Source of the DNA: Malacoraja senta
Lineage: Eukaryota
Direction of reading: 5' to 3'
Assembly: GCA_038087875.1 (NCBI GenBank)
Contig: CM075990.1
Span: 2,296,001-2,360,000 of the forward strand
Length of the DNA stretch: 64,000 nucleotides
Under the pieces are notes generated by a model. It searched no databases and was not told where the DNA came from. It saw only the letters and a list, made by a program, of their open reading frames with translations. Position numbers and translations under genes: made by a program. This document shows, in pieces, positions 1 through 12,041 of this stretch (position 1 is the first letter of the stretch; the number at the start of each line of letters is the position of its first letter).

Positions 1-182
1 TACAGGCCCAGTGTCGTCAAACGCTCATCGTACGTTAACCCAATCATTCCCGGGATCATTCTCGTGAACCCTCTCCAACGCCAGCTCATTCTTCCTCGGA
101 TACTGGACCCAAAAGTACCGGTGATTTTGAGATCTGTTTAGAAAGAAATTCCTCCTCTATTCCAAATTTACAACTATTTCTT

Positions 183-490
183 CATAAGTCCGTAAGATAT
201 AGGGGCTGAGATAGGCCATTCAGCCCATCGAGCCTGCTCTTTCATTCGATCATGGCGGATCTACTTTTCCATCCTAACCCCATTCTCCTGCCTTCTCCCC
301 ATAGCCGCTGACGCCCGCACTAATCAACAATCTGTCAATCTCTGCCTTAATAATACCCACTGACTTGGCCTCCACAGCCGTCGGTGGCAATGAATTCCAC
401 AGATTCACCACCCTCTGACTAAAGAAATTCCTCCTCATGTTTCTTTTATTCTGAGGCTATGGCCTCTGGTCCTGGACTTTCCCACTGGTC
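183..490 (-). mobile_element. CR1 LINE 3' fragment
   Basis: Reverse complement of RRNFFSQRVVNLWNSLP coding plus the CR1 3' UTR. More CR1 pieces lie at 1-115 and 655-1463. Confidence 0.8.
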
Positions 491-1463
491 TTCATTGCTG
501 TCAACAGAATGCAGAAACATCTCATCATTCGAACCTTCCCTCTGTATCTACGGTTAGAATACAGCTCGCTTTACAGCAGAGGTGGAGATCTCATTGAAAC
601 CTAGCGGATAACAAAAGGCCTGGATAGAGTGGATGAGGAGAGAATCTTATGGAGGTGTTCATAAGTGGTAGGAGCAGAATTAGGCCATTTGGCCCATCGC
701 GTCTACTCCGCCATTCAATCATGGCTGATGTATCTTTCCCTCTCAAACCCATTCTCCTGCCTTCTCCCCATAACCCCTGACACCCGTACTAATCATGTCT
801 ATCAATCGTCACCTTAAAGATATCCATTGACGTGGTCCGCACAGCCCTCTGTGGCAATGGATTCCACATATTCACCACCCTCTGACTAAAGAAATTCATC
901 CTCATCTCCTGAGGACCATTTTATAGAGGATCTGTGGGGATCTTATTGCGGCATACGCCATCATATGAGGAATAGATCGGGTAGGCGCACAGAGTCTCTT
1001 GCCCAGAGTAGGGGAATCGGGAAGCAGAGAACATGGGTTTAAGGTGAAGGGGAGAAAGATCTTTATAGGAACTCGAGGGGTAATTCTTTCACACAGAGGG
1101 TGGAGGGTGATTGGATCGAGCTGCTGGAGGAGGTAGTTGAGGCCGGGAGTATTGCAAGGTTTAAGAAACGGTTGGACAGGTACATGGATGGGACAGGTTT
1201 AGATGTGGGCTAAACGCAGGCAGGTGGGACAAGTGTAGCTGAGACATGTTGGTCAGTGTGGGCAAGTTGGGCCGAAGACGTTTCCACGTCTATCGCTCTG
1301 TGACTCGTGGATGTTTCCACTAGTGGGAGAGTCAAGGACGAGGCCACAGCCTCAGAATGAAAGGGGCGTACCTATAGACAGGAGACGAGGAGGAATTTCT
1401 TTAGTCAGAGGGTGGTGAATCTGTGGAATTCTTTGCCACAGAAGGCTGTGGAGGCCAAGTCAG

Positions 1464-1663
1464 NNNNNNNNNNNNNNNNNNNNNNNNNNNNNNNNNNNNN
1501 NNNNNNNNNNNNNNNNNNNNNNNNNNNNNNNNNNNNNNNNNNNNNNNNNNNNNNNNNNNNNNNNNNNNNNNNNNNNNNNNNNNNNNNNNNNNNNNNNNNN
1601 NNNNNNNNNNNNNNNNNNNNNNNNNNNNNNNNNNNNNNNNNNNNNNNNNNNNNNNNNNNNNNN
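1464..1663. other. assembly gap (200 N)
   Basis: Run of N. Confidence 1.
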
Positions 1664-2286
1664 GGGGGAGGGGGCAGCAGTTCTCATCAGAAAATTATTG
1701 GAAGGCCTTGCTTTGTTCTCTCGTCGGCCTACGCGACAATGAATGTATTTTTGTCCAAACCGGGCTCTTTGTGACATTTCCCGGCCTGCTCTGCTCTGGT
1801 CTGCTGTGAACCATCAGCGAACAATGTGGAATGATTTGACTTATTCGAGGGGGTGGGGGGGATTCTGTCTCTGCGAGGGAATAATGGTCGCTGGGGAACA
1901 ATGTCGCCCTTCATCTGCTTGCATCAATGCCACATTGTGCGAGCGGGGAGATCAGGGACTGCAAAGGGCATCGCGCTTTGAGCGGGTTGTCGTGGCAACA
2001 AACAGCTTACAACCAGCCGTCGCCCACCGTGCTGGAGAGAAGTCCCGAAGATATAGACACAAAATGCTGGAGTAACTCAGCGGGACAGGCAGCGTCTCTC
2101 TGGGGAGAAGGAATGGGTGACGTTGCTGGGCCGGGACCCTTCCTCAGCCCCGTCGTGAATGCGAGACATCGGGTGGTGTTGTGTTTTACAGCGTGAGTGA
2201 CTCTCCCTTCTCTCTCTTCCCCCCCCCCCCCACAACCCCCCCCCCCCCTCCCCTTCCCTTCCCTCTCCATGTCTATAAACGTGCAG

Positions 2287-2504
2287 GTACCAAGTTGAAT
2301 GCAGGAGGGAGGGAGCAGACTTTTCTCTTGTCCGGACCTGCGCCGGGCGTGCTTGGTTGCGACGCTGGCCGCCTCGTGCCGTCGCAACCTCCAGACACCT
2401 CGTCCGCCGAGACCAATGGAGAAACCTCTCCATCCTCACTGGCGGCCAAAGGGTTTCGTAGCGTACGTCCAAATCTGCCCACCGACCACAAGTCATCGCC
2501 TCAG
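2287..2504 (+). CDS. SORBS1: SORBS1 coding exon (..NGETSPSSLAAKGFRSVRPNLPTDHKSSPQ)
   Basis: SSLAAKG(F/Y)RSVxPNL motif of SORBS1/2 N-termini. Donor CAG|gtacag is phase 0. The 5' boundary is uncertain: in-phase AG acceptors lie before 2287, 2305 and 2395. Confidence 0.8.
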
Positions 2505-2814
2505 GTACAGAGTCTTCTATCCTTGGTTAGACACAAAGTGCTGGAGTCACTCAGCTTCTCTAGAGACAAATGAGTAGGTGACATTTCTGGTCAAGCCTCT
2601 TCTTTAGTTCAGTTCAGTTCAGTTACGTTTACTGTCACGTGTACCGAGGTACGGTGAACAGCTTTCGTTACGTGCTAACCAGCCAGCGGAAAGACAATAC
2701 ATGACTACAATCGAGCCAATCGCAGTGTACGGATACAGGATAAGGGAAGATCCTTTAGTGCAAGGTAAAGCCAGTAAAGTCCGACCTTCAGCCTGAGAGT
2801 CAGGAGAGAGAAAT

Positions 2815-3115
2815 GTACTACTTACTGGCTATGATGCCTCCTGGCATGTAGGGCAGCAACGGAAGTCCTCCACTCCTTGTTGATTCCTTCAGTTGCTGTT
2901 TCCGTAACATATTTGTTTTACGAGACAGGGTTATTAGCCCGGTGCTCAACCTCCAACCTGGAGGACCAGTGGATCGCTCTTCGTCTCGCCTCTACCCTTC
3001 GACCTGTCCAGCATGGCAGACCCTAACAGGAGACGAATCTCCCGCTGGCATAGCTCTAGGGGTCACTGAGACACACACGCTCCCCGACCACGACAAGGTT
3101 GCAATCCAACGGGGA
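2815..3115 (-). mobile_element. short non-autonomous RTE-type element (5' UTR joined to 3' end)
   Basis: Minus strand begins ..ccttgtcgtggtcggggagcgtgtgtgtctcagtgacccctagagctatgcc (RTE-like 5' UTR) and ends ..gttgctgccctacatgccaggaggcatcatagccagtaagtagta. Confidence 0.55.
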
Positions 3116-3350
3116 GAAGAGACAAATTAGGGGCATGATAGAGGTACAGAACAAATCAGAGCCGGCACCAATAGCCAAAGAGCCCACAATGAGTTTGAGT
3201 ATAGTTTCTTGTCCTGGTACAGTGGGCAGCAGAATGACAATACATGATTATAATCCATCCATCCACAGTGTACAGATACATGATCAAGAGAATAACATGA
3301 ACTTTTAATGCAAGATTAAGTCCAGTAAAGTCCAATCAAAGATAGCCGAA

Positions 3351-3570
3351 AGGGCCTGTCCCACTTGGCGATTTTTTCAGCGACTGCCGGCATCATTGAC
3401 TGACATATCAGGTCACCGAATAATTCGTGGCGCGATGACGTATTGACGCGGTGTTTCCTCACGTGTCATTTTTTTTGTCGCTGCTGGATTTTGAAATGTT
3501 CAAAATCTATTGGCGAACCTGACATGACACCGGCAGTCGCCGAAACAAATCGGCAAGTGGGACAGGCCCT
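3351..3570. mobile_element. PIF/Harbinger-type MITE
   Basis: TIRs AGGGCCTGTCCCACTTG..CAAGTGGGACAGGCCCT. Inserted in an L2-like tail. An inverted relative lies at 22863. Confidence 0.75.
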
Positions 3571-4464
3571 TGAGGGTCTCCAATGATGTAGATAGTTGTT
3601 GGTAGCAGGGCTCAGATGCCTGATAATTACCTGGTCCATTGTTAGCTGTGGAGGAGGGGATAGGAACAGTAAAACTAGCAGGACGAATGCAGGGTTACTT
3701 AAAATGAGAGAAATCAGTATTCATACCGCTGGGGTGTAAGCTGCCCAAGTGAAATATGAGGTGTTGTTCCTCCAATTTGCATGTGGCCTCACTCAGACAG
3801 TGGAAGAGGTTCAGTTGACCTCTGCAAAGTAATTTGTTATTTAACAGAATAATCTGATCGCATTCAACTGACATAGTTTAGAAAGGCGATGAGGAGGAAT
3901 TTCATTAGTCAAGAGGGTAGTGAATATGTGGAATTCATTGCCACAGACGCCGGTGGAGGCCAAGTCGATGGCGGAAATTGCCTGATTCTAGGTTAGTGTG
4001 GGGGTTGTGGGGAGAAGGCAGGAGAATGGGGTTGAGAGGGAAAGATAGATCATCCATGATTGAATGGCGGAGTAGACTTGATGGGCCGAATGGCCTAATT
4101 CTGCTCCGAGTATTGAGGCCAGGGAACAAGACTGCACAGTGTTACACATAAGTATTATTGACCACGTATCTTGACAAGCAGCCAGACGAGATGTCTTGTG
4201 TTGAAAAGTTTGGGGTTAAATGAAATGAATACTTTGAAGATGGAGAGGGGTGGAAAAAAGAAATGCAGGTTTAAGAGGAATGTTCCAGGAAGTAACCAGA
4301 TGATGGGGGGGGGGGGGGGAATACAGAAGCAACAAGGTGGAAATATTTAAAGAATGCGGAAGAGATGATGAAGCAAAAGAGTTAGGAAGCTTGTCATGAA
4401 TGCAAGAAAGATTGGGCTGCTGGCTCTGGAAGGAGTCTATTAGGACCAGGAGATCTCACTGCTG

Positions 4465-4766
4465 TTTAGTTTAGTTTAAGAGATTCAGCGCGGAAACAGG
4501 CCCTCCGGCCCACGGGGTCCGCGACCAGCGACCACCCCGTACACTAGAACTATTCGACACAATTTACAATCTTTTACCAAAGCCAATGAATCCACAAACC
4601 TGCACGTCTTTGGAGTGTGGGAGGAAACCGGAGCACCCGGAGAAAACCCACGCAGGTCACGGGGAGAACGTACAGACTTCGTACAGATAGCACCCGTAGT
4701 CAGGATCGATCCCGGGTCTCTGGGGCTGTGAGGCAGCAGCTCTACCCGCTGCGCCACCGTGCCGCC
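4465..4766 (-). mobile_element. tRNA-derived V-SINE (HE1-like)
   Basis: Pol III A/B-box head, V-domain core (GTTCTCCCCGTG..GGTTTCCTCCCACACTCCAAAGAC), CR1-like tail with (AAACT)n. Confidence 0.85.
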
Positions 4767-4912
4767 CATGTCAAGTTTGTGATTCAACAACTGTGAATTA
4801 TTTTCCTCTGGTTTAATTGCCCTCCACTTACTTTAACTTTTTTTTATTTTCTTTTGTGTTGTTTGCGTTGTGTTGTCTTTTTTTTGTTAAACAAACACCG
4901 CTTGGTGAGTAG

Positions 4913-5395
4913 CCCCCTCCCGTCCCCCTCCCACCTAGAGAAGAGAGCTTTGCTTGGCGCCCTTGCAACAAGGTCAAGTTGTCCCATTTTGCCCCAGTCC
5001 CCATTCTGGACTACGTCCACATTAGACCCGAGCCCAGCGTATGTACCGAGAAGTTTGTTGTGCCGTGTCCCGGCGGTGGCGAGGTGCCAGGGTTCACCTG
5101 GATCACGGCGGGTGAGGGTGGCACCGTGCCCCCGCCCGACGCCACACCGCAGAGGAGGGTCTCCAACCTCTACGTGGCCCTGGCACCTCCGCCCCGCCGC
5201 CCACCGCTGCCCTCCCACCACCAGGGTGGCGAAGCTGCCGCCCCCCCACCCGCTCCTCGCGGACCCCCGCACTACATCCCCTCGCCCCAGGCTGGAAGGC
5301 CGGAGACGGACCGGGAGAAGATGGGCACGAGACCAGCGGAGAATCAAGCCACCGCCCGAGGGAGTCCCCTTCACGGGGCAAACGGAGGCTGCGGG
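4913..5395 (+). CDS. SORBS1: candidate SORBS1 cassette exon, 483 nt, proline-rich (PPPVPLPPREESFAWRPCNKVKLSHFAPVPILDYVH..)
   Basis: T-rich tract then tag| at 4912. Stop-free for 161 codons, ending GGG|gtatct. Phase 0-0 matches both neighbours. GC-rich unique sequence. Confidence 0.55.
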
Positions 5396-5824
5396 GTATC
5401 TATTTAACGTTCACTATGCGTGTGGGTGTGTGTGTGTGTGTTTGTGTGCGTGCGTGTCGTTTTCTCACCCTCTCCCCCCCACACACCCCTTGATAAGGTC
5501 CACTCACCCCCACCCCCACCAAAGTCACCGTTCAACACTCCCCCCCAAACACACCCCCTTACTTTAGTCTCTTGTCACCACTCTATTCCAGCGAAGAAAC
5601 GCATGCCTGCCTGTGAGTGGCTTTCTTGGTTTATGCTCACTGGCCCTCTGGTGTGTGTGTGGGCACTGTATCTAAGGTGGTTCAACCTGCCATTCAGCAA
5701 CACCCTGCACGCTGTAACACACGCACACACACACACACACACACGCTGTGATACGCGCACACATACAGGATGTGACACACAGCAGTGTCTGGAGATCTCG
5801 CTTCACTGGTAGGCTCTGGTCAGT

Positions 5825-6510
5825 TTAGATTAATTTAGTTTAGATTAGATTAGTTTAATTTAGTTTAGTTTAGTTTACTGCAGAGATACAGTGTGGAAAC
5901 AGGCCCCCTTCGGCCCACCAAGACCGCACCGATCAGCAAACATCCGTTCACACTAGATCTATCCTACACACACTAGGGACAATTTACAGAAGCCAATTAA
6001 CCTACAAACCCGCACGTCCTTGGAGTGTGGGGGGAAACCGGAGCACCCGGAGAAAACCCACGCAGGTCACAGGGAGAACGTGCAAACTCCGTACAGACAG
6101 AACCTGTAGTCGGGATGGAACCCTGGTCACCGGCGCTGCAAGCGCTGTAAGGCAGCAACTCTACCGCTGCGCCACCGTGCTGGGGTGGGGAGCCTTCTGC
6201 AGAGAGAGTAATCTGCAGACACAAGGAACTAGTTCAGTTTAGTTTAGAGATACAGCGTAGAAACAGGCCCTTCGGCCCACCGAGTCCGTGCCAACCAGCG
6301 ATCACCCATGTACTAGTTCTACCCTGCACACACTAGGGACAATTAACCTACAAACATGCACGTCTTTGGAGTGCGGGGGGAAGCCTGGAGCACCCGGAGA
6401 AAACCCACGCAGGTCACAGGGAGAACGTGCAACCTCCACTCAGACAGCAACTGTAGTCAGGATCGAACCTGGGTCTCTGGTGCTGTGAGGCAGCAACTCT
6501 ATCGCTGTGG
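5825..6510 (-). mobile_element. two tandem V-SINE copies
   Basis: Same family as 4465. Confidence 0.8.
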
Positions 6511-7527
6511 AACTACAGATGGTGGTTTACAAAAGAAGACACAAAGTGCTGGAGTAACTCAGCGGGTCAGGCAGCATCTCCTAGGTGACGTCGCCTGTCC
6601 ATGTTCTCTCTGGATGCTGCCTGACCGGCTGAGCTACAGTGTCATGGCTTCTTACTTCACAACCTCTGCATCATTACTTCTGTAGGAAGGATTCTGCGGA
6701 TGCTGGTTTAAACCAAAGATGGACACATAGTGCTGGAGTAACCAAGCCGGATGTTGCCTGACCTGCTGAGTTACTCCAGCATTTTGTGTCTGTCATCGTT
6801 ACCTGGCCTGGTTTGACCTTTCGTCTGCGGAGTTTTGTCCATGTGCTGAATTTTAAACAAGAGGATGTCACTCCTGGTGACCAGACATGGTAGGGACTGG
6901 CTGAGGTTTGGACAGGATGATGTTGCTCTAACCAGTATGGAACTTTATTTGCCCCATGTACCAGGGTACAGTGAAATTCATGTTTGTATACAGTTCAGTA
7001 CATGTATCACTACACAGAAGCACTTAGATACATCTTAGATAAGCATCTCAGATACAGTACTAGTGGACAGCAGTAGTACACTGAGATAGTATACAGTCGC
7101 CAGATTGGGCGCCATTTTCAAGTCCCTGTTGTGAGTGCAGGGTTGACCTGACCATGAAGGCCCGTTGTCATGGCAACGTTGCAGAGTCGACCTGGCCAAG
7201 GGTAGCTGTGGTGTTCTCCGCCGCTCTAGGCCGCGTCTGGTCCACACGCTCGGCCTCTTGGAGCGGAGCCTGGTCCAGTCGAGCCCCAGGCTGCTGCAGG
7301 GCCTCCAGCGGCCCACTCCACCGTCGAGGCCGTGCTCTCCCCCTTCAGCCACCAGCTGAGTTGGTTGTTCAGCGAAGTCAAGGGTCAGTGGAGAATGCGG
7401 CCATGTGTAGTGACGCCAAACGCTGGAGTAACTCAGCAGGACAGGCAGCATTTCCGGAGAGAAGGGAATAGGTGACATTTCGTGTCGAGACGCTTCTTCA
7501 GACTGAACGGCGACTCTCTTCCTGCAG

Positions 7528-7881
7528 GACTTAGCGCAGTGTGAGGCGATCTTTCAGTGCAGCACTGCACCCGCTGCCACAGCGGAGAGGGAGAACGCTG
7601 GTGGAGGGAGCCCGTGCGGGGCTGTGCCAGGCCTGGTGCCAGCCGAGCCCGCCTCATCGCCCACGCCGCCACCGCGTCCATCCTCGGCACGGCTGACCTT
7701 GCCCACCCTCGACGACTTCATCCCGCCTCACCTGCAGAAGGGGGCGAGCCCCTCCCCGGCCTCCTCCTGCTCCTCCTCCTCCACCTCTCCTGTTAACCCA
7801 CCGGTGCCCAAGCTGCCACCGCCCGCTGCCATCCTGCACCGCGACACGGACTCAGAGCTCGCCCACCGGCCCACGCCTACA
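7528..7881 (+). CDS. SORBS1: SORBS1 coding exon (DLAQCE..LTLPTLDDFIPPHLQK..RPTPT)
   Basis: ctctcttcctgcag| acceptor and ACA|gtaaga donor, phase 0-0. LTxPTLDDFIPPHLQ is a SORBS1 motif. Confidence 0.85.
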
Positions 7882-9319
7882 GTAAGACCCGGGGTTCTCA
7901 CCTTGCTACCTGCCACCCCACCTCTTGCCAGCTCTGTGCCACCCATGGCTGCCACCCTTGCTTCCCGCCTCCGAGCTCCAGACATCGCCATCCTGGGGCG
8001 GGAATGTGCTTCTTTAACCCAGCCTGGTCAAACCTCTCCTCCCCACCCACGCTACCCTGTACCCGTCCCCTTGCCAGCCTTGCCCACGGCGGGCCCTCGC
8101 CACAGCTGCTGCTGCTGCTGCTGCATCGGCCTGTGTGCCGACACCCAGCCTTGCATGGACACTGCATGCGATAACTGCATTGCTTGCCTTTGGTAGCCGG
8201 ACCTCAGTGTTGGCAGATGTTCAAAGATCCACTGCCACACACTGGGGCAGCTGTGCATGCATTGCTTGTTGTGTTATGAGTCTGACCATGCGTATATTGC
8301 CCAAACATGGCCGAAACTACTCCCCCCCCCCCCCCCCCACAGCTAAGTTGTTCCGGGTCTCAAAACCCAGTGGGGAAAGAACGGTCTCTTTATGTATTTT
8401 GCAAACTTAATTGTTATTCTTTACGGTGTTTTAATTGACAGGTGAAACAGGTGACCAGAAATCCTTCTTGTTTAGTTTAGTTTTAGTGATACAGCATGGA
8501 ATCAGGCCCTTTGGCCCCTTTTTCAAGTTCTAGGAGCAGGATGACACCATTCGTCCCATCAAGTCTACTCCACCATTCAATCATGGCTGATCTATTTTTC
8601 CCTCTCAACCCCATTCCCCTGCCTTCTCCCCATAACCCCAGACACCCGTACTGATCAACAATCTATCAATCCCAACCTTGAAAATATCCATTGACTTAGA
8701 CTCCTGTTGAAAAACATTCCACAGATTCACCACCCTCTGACTAAATAAATTCTTCCTCATCTCCTTTCTAAAGGTACATCCTTTAATTATTGTTTCACCC
8801 AGAGGGTGCGGCTTGTGTAACACGAGCTGCCAGAGGAGGTAGTTGACACAGATCCACGAACAACATTTAAAATGCACTTGGACAGGAACAGTGAAAGGTT
8901 TCGTCCCACATTCAGGCAAATGAGACGAGCTTCGGTCAAGGGGAAGCTCAGACAAGATTCATTGACACCACCACACCACAGAAACAGGCCCTTCGGCCCA
9001 CTGAATCCATGCTGACCAACGATCACCCTTTCACACTATTTCTGTCCTCCCACATTCTCATCCAGTCCAACATCACCAGCCTGAGCATAATTGGATGGAC
9101 ACAGACCCAGAAGAAGGGATAGTTTAAGAAAGAACTGCAGATGCTGGAAAAATCGTAGGTAGACAAAAAATGCTGGAGAAACTTAGCTGGTGAGGCGGCA
9201 TCTATGGAGCGAAGGAATAGGTGACATTTCGGCTCGAGACCCTTAAACATCACCTATTCCTTTGCTCCATAGATGCTGCCTCACCCGCTGAGTTTCTCCA
9301 GCATTTTTGTCTACCTTCA

Positions 9320-9590
9320 GAATAAGGGGAGGCCATTTAGAACGGAGATGAGGAAAAACCTTTTCACCCAGAGAGTTGTGAATTTGTGGAATTCGCTGCC
9401 TCAGAAGGCAGTGGAGGCCGATTCACTTGATGCATTCAAAAGAGAGTTAGATAGCGCTCTCAGGGCTCTGGGGAGAAGGCAGGAGCAGGGTACTAATTGT
9501 GGATGATCAGGCATGATCACATTGAATGGTGGTGCTGGCTCGAAGGGCCCAATGGCCTACTCCAGCACCTATTTTCTATGTATCAATGTA
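9320..9590 (+). mobile_element. CR1 LINE 3' fragment
   Basis: KGRPFRTEMRKNLFTQRVVNLWNSLPQ plus 3' UTR. Confidence 0.85.
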
Positions 9591-9596
9591 ACTTTA

Positions 9597-10290
9597 CATA
9601 GAAACATGGAAACATAGAAAATAGGTGCAGGAGGAGGCCATTCGGCCCTTTGAGCCAGCACCGCCATTCATTGTGATCATGGCTGATCGTCCCCAATCAA
9701 TAACCCGTGCCTGCCTTCTACCCATATCCCTTGACTCCACTAGCCCCTAGAGCTCTATCTAACTCTCTCTTAAATCCATCCAGTGATTTGGCCTCCACTG
9801 CCCTCTGTGGCAGGGAATTCCACAAATTCACAACTCTCTGGGTGAAAAAGTTTTTTCTCACCTCAGTCTTAAATGACCTCCCCTTTATTCTAAGACTGTG
9901 GCCCCTGGTTCTGGACTCGCCCAACATTGGGAACAGTTTTCCTGCATCTAGCCTGTCCAGTCCTTTTATAATTGTATATGTTGATCCCTCCTCATCCTTC
10001 TAAACTCCAGTGAATACAAGCCTAGTCTTTTCAATCTTTCCTCATATGACAGTCCCGCCATCCCAGGGATCAATCTCGTGAACCTACGCTGCACTGCCTC
10101 AATCACAAGGATGTCCTTCCTCAAATTAGGAGACCAAAACTGTACACAATACTCCAGATGTGTTCTTTCTGGAGCCCTATACAACTGCAGAAGAACCTCT
10201 CTACTCCTATACTGAAATCCTCTTGTTATGAAGGCCAACATTCCATTAGCTTTCTTCACAGCCTGCTGTACCTGCACGCCAACTTTCAGT
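9597..10290 (-). mobile_element. CR1 LINE ORF2 C-terminal fragment with 3' UTR
   Basis: KKANGMLAFI..LEYCVQFWSP..VQRRFTRLIPG, with a (TTTCTATG)n tail. Confidence 0.9.
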
Positions 10291-11893
10291 GACCCCTGTA
10301 CAAGCACGTACTGGTGCACAAGGACTTACTTTAGACTTTAATTGTGGATACTTTACAATGAGTAAACGGGCCCTCCTGCCCACCGGGTCCGCGCTGAACG
10401 GCGATCACCCCGTACACCAGAACTATCCTACACACTCGGGACAATTTACACAGAGGCCAATTGACCTACAGACCCACACGTCTTTGGGATGCGGGAGGAA
10501 ACAGTAGGAATCCACGCGGTCACTGGGAGAAGGTGCAAACACCACACAGGCAGCACCCGAGGTCATGGTCAAACCTGGCGCTGTCAGGCAGCAGCTCCAC
10601 CTGTTCTGCCACTAAGGAAAGATGGAATAGCAGGAACCAACATTGCTGAAGAGATACTGCTTCCCGGGAACAGGAGAGTCGATGAGCTGAGAAATGCTGA
10701 AGGCATTGGTTCACATCCAATCAATGGATAGAGTTGAGCAGAATGTCTAAAACTTGATGAGTCTACAGAGCGGGGGGAAGAAGAGTTTCAATGGCAACTT
10801 CCAACTGGGCTAGTTCTTGGAGATTTTTCAGGGCAAGATGGAACAGCAGCAAACTGGTGTTTAGTTTGAACAGTGCGGGTGTCAGGGGTTATGGGGAGAA
10901 GGCAGGAGAATGGGGTTAAGAGGGAAAGATAGATCAGCCATGGTTGATTGGTGGTGTAGACTTGATGGGCCGAATGGCCTAATTCTGCTTCTAACACTTT
11001 TGAACTTATGCAACTAACCGAGGCTCTTTCAAAGAACCAGTAGGGTCCGGATGGGCCGAATGGCAGCCTCTGGTGATAGGTGAGGGAATCTTTGTTGCGT
11101 TTTTTGGGGTTTAGTTTAGTTTAGAAATACAGTGTGGAAACACACCCTTCGGCCCACCAATTCCATACTGACAATCGATAACCCATACTCTGTGCAGGAA
11201 GGAACTGCAGATGCTGGTTTATACTGAAGATAGACACAACAGGACAGGCAGCATCTCTGGAGAAAAGGAATAGGTGACGTTTTGGGTCGGAACCCTTCTT
11301 CAGACCCAAAGAGTTCTGACCCCCAACGTCACCCTTTCCTTTTCTCCAGAGATGCTGCCTGACCCGCTGAGTTGCTCCAGCATTTTGTTTCTATCTTCAC
11401 CCCTACACCAGCTCTATTCTACAAACTTGGGACAATTTACAGAGGGCCAATTAAACTACAAATCCCCACATCTTTGGGATGTGGGAGGAAACCAGAGGCA
11501 CCTGGAGGAACGGGAACCACCAGGTCAAGAGGAGAGCGTACAAATTCCGTTCAGACAGCACCTGTAGTTAGGATCGAACCCGGGTCTCTGGCGCTGTGAG
11601 GCAGCAACTCTAACCGCTGTGCCACCGTGCCATTCCTTGTGTTGTCTTGCTGGGTTAGACAGAGGGCTGCATGCACTGTGAATGGAGCCCGAACTGCCGA
11701 GGCTTCCCCTGACGCATTGCTTTTGGTTGAGGGAGGGGGTCGGGACGAAGCTGTCGTTGCTAAACCGCTGCGGTTTTTAGAAGTAAACTTTGGATTTCTT
11801 GGTGGGGGTGGGTGGGGGGGGGGGGTTTGGAGGGAACGGTTTGGTAAGCTGGCACGTTGAGCATCTCTGACTCTGTGTTCTCTTGTCTGGAAG

Positions 11894-12041
11894 GATGGGT
11901 CCGCCCACAATAAGTGAAGCAGTGCCGTCGGTGGAGAGCGCGGGGTACTGCCCGCTGTTGGCCCCCCTCCAGCAGATTCTCAGCCTACCCGTCCACCACC
12001 TCCGTGAACCCGACCATAGTCCCTGCTGCAGCATAACCGAG
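11894..12041 (+). CDS. SORBS1: SORBS1 coding exon (DGSPTISE..SAYPSTTSVNPTIVLLQHNR), with three apparent +1 C insertions
   Basis: SAYPSTTxVNPTIVLLQHNR motif, read across frames. aag| acceptor and CGA G|gtacgg donor. The frame is broken as assembled. Confidence 0.75.

Noticed and set aside
2287..2504. Assignment to SORBS2
   Set aside because: GFRSVRPNL is SORBS2-like, but TLDDFIPPHLQ, ISPEEIDLKNEPWYKFFSELEFGKP and PPKKIWDY in this exon order fit SORBS1.
4854..5567. 237-aa ORF as an independent gene
   Set aside because: It is an alternative frame over the GC-rich candidate exon and starts in a T-rich acceptor tract. The frame starting at 4913 is the one that fits the splice phases.
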